In this document: positions 62,197-64,000 of the stretch, piece after piece
How the letters are laid out: every line of letters starts with the position of its first letter
How positions within the stretch are numbered: position 1 is the first letter of the stretch
NCBI GenBank assembly: GCA_963663165.1
Contig: OY760175.1
Span: 3,968,001-4,032,000 of the forward strand
DNA length: 64,000 nucleotides
DNA from: an uncultured Desulfospira sp.
Lineage (GTDB): Bacteria > Desulfobacterota > Desulfobacteria > Desulfobacterales > Desulfobacteraceae
Direction of reading: 5' to 3'
The notes under the pieces: generated by a model
What the model saw: only the letters and a program-made list of their open reading frames with translations
What the model was told of the DNA's origin: nothing
The model's database searches: none
Made by a program: the position numbers and the translations under genes

Positions 62197-62804
62197 GCTA
62201 CGGATCTTTTAAGCGCAGAAAATATTTTATCAATAAAGAACTCCAGGGGAAATTCATTTTCCATTATTTTATTTTTTTAACCCTGGGCAGCCTGATGTTT
62301 GTGGGGATCTTGAGTTTTTTTTCGTCAAACACCCTTTCCATGAGTTATGACAATTATCATCTTCAACTGGGGACCACCCCGGAAATCCTGTTTAAAAATA
62401 TATTGAGCGCGGAATGGAGTTTTATTGTTTTTGGCGGAATTTTGATCTCTTTTATCACCTTGCGGCTGACCCACCGGGTGGCCGGCCCCTTTTTCAGATT
62501 TGAAAAAGCACTCAATGAAATGATCCACGGTAATATTTCCAGAAAAATTATTCTAAGACCCAAGGATGAGGGCAAGGGCCTGGCCAAAAAGATCAACACC
62601 TTTAATGACAGATTGTCGGAAAACCTGGTTCTCATGGAGGAGATGAGTTCAAAAATAGCGATTTCCGCCCGAAACCTCGAATTGGCCATAGAAAAAGGGC
62701 AGACAGACGAAATTGCCGGACTTCTGGATACCATTAAAACCAGCCAGCGGGGTATTGAATCGACGGTTCATGAGTATACCTTCAATGTCAAGCCGGGATT
62801 TTAG
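62193..62804 (+). CDS. HAMP-domain membrane protein
   Basis: KRRKYFI..ELQGKF, two TM helices, THRVAGP..R, LR.KDE. Confidence 0.7.
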   Translation: MSYGSFKRRKYFINKELQGKFIFHYFIFLTLGSLMFVGILSFFSSNTLSMSYDNYHLQLGTTPEILFKNILSAEWSFIVFGGILISFITLRLTHRVAGPFFRFEKALNEMIHGNISRKIILRPKDEGKGLAKKINTFNDRLSENLVLMEEMSSKIAISARNLELAIEKGQTDEIAGLLDTIKTSQRGIESTVHEYTFNVKPGF

Positions 62805-62847
62805 ACCGGTCTTTCCGGTTTAAACCGGCCCAAGGCGCCGTCACCGT

Positions 62848-63723
62848 CTATATCAACTCATAACTCATGGAAAGGGGCGGCATGTCCAGCTGATTTAAGA
62901 CCCGTTCCAGCAGGATACCCTCCACGTTGTTGTACTCGTAGCCAAAGGTGGCTTTGACGCCCATACTGGTGAACTGGACGGCCCGGTCAATGGCAATGGG
63001 CAGGCTGTCTCCCTGGAGCAGGGCCCCGGTGACCACGCTGGCAAACGCATCCCCTGTGCCGGGATATTCCGTGGGCAGGTAATTGCAGGCCACCCGCCAG
63101 AACCGGTTATCACTTCTGTGATAGGCGATCACAGCGGTTTCGGCCTGGTCACGGCCGGTCCGGACACTGGTGACAATGACGATTTCAGGCCCCTTGTCTG
63201 CCAGCCGCATGATCCATTCCTTGATCCGGCCGGTTTCAATATATTCGGTATAAGGTTCATCCAGCAGATAGGCGGCCTCGGTCAGATTGGGCGTGATGAC
63301 ATGGGCATGGGTGATCAGGGACTTCATCTCCGTGACGTGGGCCTCACTTAACGGGGCATAGATCCTGCCGTTATCCCCTAATACCGGATCCACAATGATC
63401 TTAATGGCCTCATGCCTGAAATCCTCGATAAACTGCGTAACGATTTCGATCTGCTGATGGGAGCCTAAAAACCCCGAGTAGACCGCGTCGAATTTCAAGT
63501 TCAGCTTTTTCCAATGGTCTATCATGGGGGGCAGGGCATGGGTCAAGTCCACAAAGTGAAAATCACTGAACTTGCTGTGGGTTGACAGCACGGCCGTGGG
63601 AAGGGGACAGACCTGAATGCCCATGCGGGACAAAATAGGGATGATAACGGTTAAAGAGGCCCTTCCAAACCCGGAAAGGTCATGGATGGCGGCTACTTTT
63701 TTGACGGGGTTGGTCAGTTTCAT
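62848..63723 (-). CDS. pdxK: Pyridoxal/pyridoxamine kinase
   Basis: IHDLSGFGR.SL, YSGFLGS, DPVLGD, TPNLTEA, GTGDAFAS. Confidence 0.9.
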   Translation of the reverse strand: MKLTNPVKKVAAIHDLSGFGRASLTVIIPILSRMGIQVCPLPTAVLSTHSKFSDFHFVDLTHALPPMIDHWKKLNLKFDAVYSGFLGSHQQIEIVTQFIEDFRHEAIKIIVDPVLGDNGRIYAPLSEAHVTEMKSLITHAHVITPNLTEAAYLLDEPYTEYIETGRIKEWIMRLADKGPEIVIVTSVRTGRDQAETAVIAYHRSDNRFWRVACNYLPTEYPGTGDAFASVVTGALLQGDSLPIAIDRAVQFTSMGVKATFGYEYNNVEGILLERVLNQLDMPPLSMSYELI

Positions 63724-63906
63724 TTTTCTTACATCCGGTTTTTAGTTTGGGTTGTCACGCCTGAACTCAGACCCGTGTCATATACCATATTTCCCCCTGA
63801 ATCTGTCAACATTATCCGGGACGGTCGATCGACGCAGACCAAAAATCCGGGGGCGTCGCCATATCCGATCTCCGGGTATACGATCTCCCCTCTTCCAGCC
63901 TCCCAT

Positions 63907-63949
63907 AAAAAACCGTCCGGAACAGGCAAAGACCTGTTCCGGACGGTTT
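63907..63949. terminator. Intrinsic terminator
   Basis: 17-bp perfect stem AAACCGTCCGGAACAGG / CCTGTTCCGGACGGTTT with T-run on minus strand. Confidence 0.8.
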
Positions 63950-64000
63950 CATCCAGTTTCTGATGCGGCTTTTTTTAACGGTTTAGGATTCCTGGCCGCC

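Noticed and set aside
63724..63900. Riboswitch upstream of pdxK
   Set aside because: No recognisable aptamer consensus; only an upstream terminator and a weak promoter match

Overview
Deltaproteobacterial chromosome segment (Desulfobacteraceae-like by gene content; inference). Core genes (tRNA-Met, DUF3426 zinc-ribbon protein, hpt, DnaJ-class chaperone, mnmG, TIGR01212 radical SAM, apbE, hybrid histidine kinase, methyltransferase, acetate-CoA ligase, pdxK) alternate with heavily invaded accessory DNA. (1) A cluster of secreted PEP-CTERM/Lcl(DUF1566) proteins, then AlpA and HicAB. (2) A ~12.3 kb island integrated in tRNA-Met (48-bp att repeats) encoding serine resolvases, an RNase HI, a 10/11-bp tandem array and a compact family-A-like polymerase; its tyrosine integrase is split by a 4,346-bp five-gene TG..CA transposon (DDE transposase, AAA ATPase, three accessory genes). 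(3) A receptor-L-domain surface gene disrupted by nested IS elements. (4) A type I restriction-modification operon carrying DinD, DUF2188, a four-gene TIR/TIR/TIR/TIR-SLOG (Thoeris type III-like) cassette whose first TIR gene is IS-interrupted, and a Fic gene. Seven transposable elements could be delimited exactly by inverted repeats and target-site duplications, and the five non-IS genes they interrupt re-join in frame once the element and one TSD copy are removed. Product calls come from motif recognition by eye; no database searches were run.
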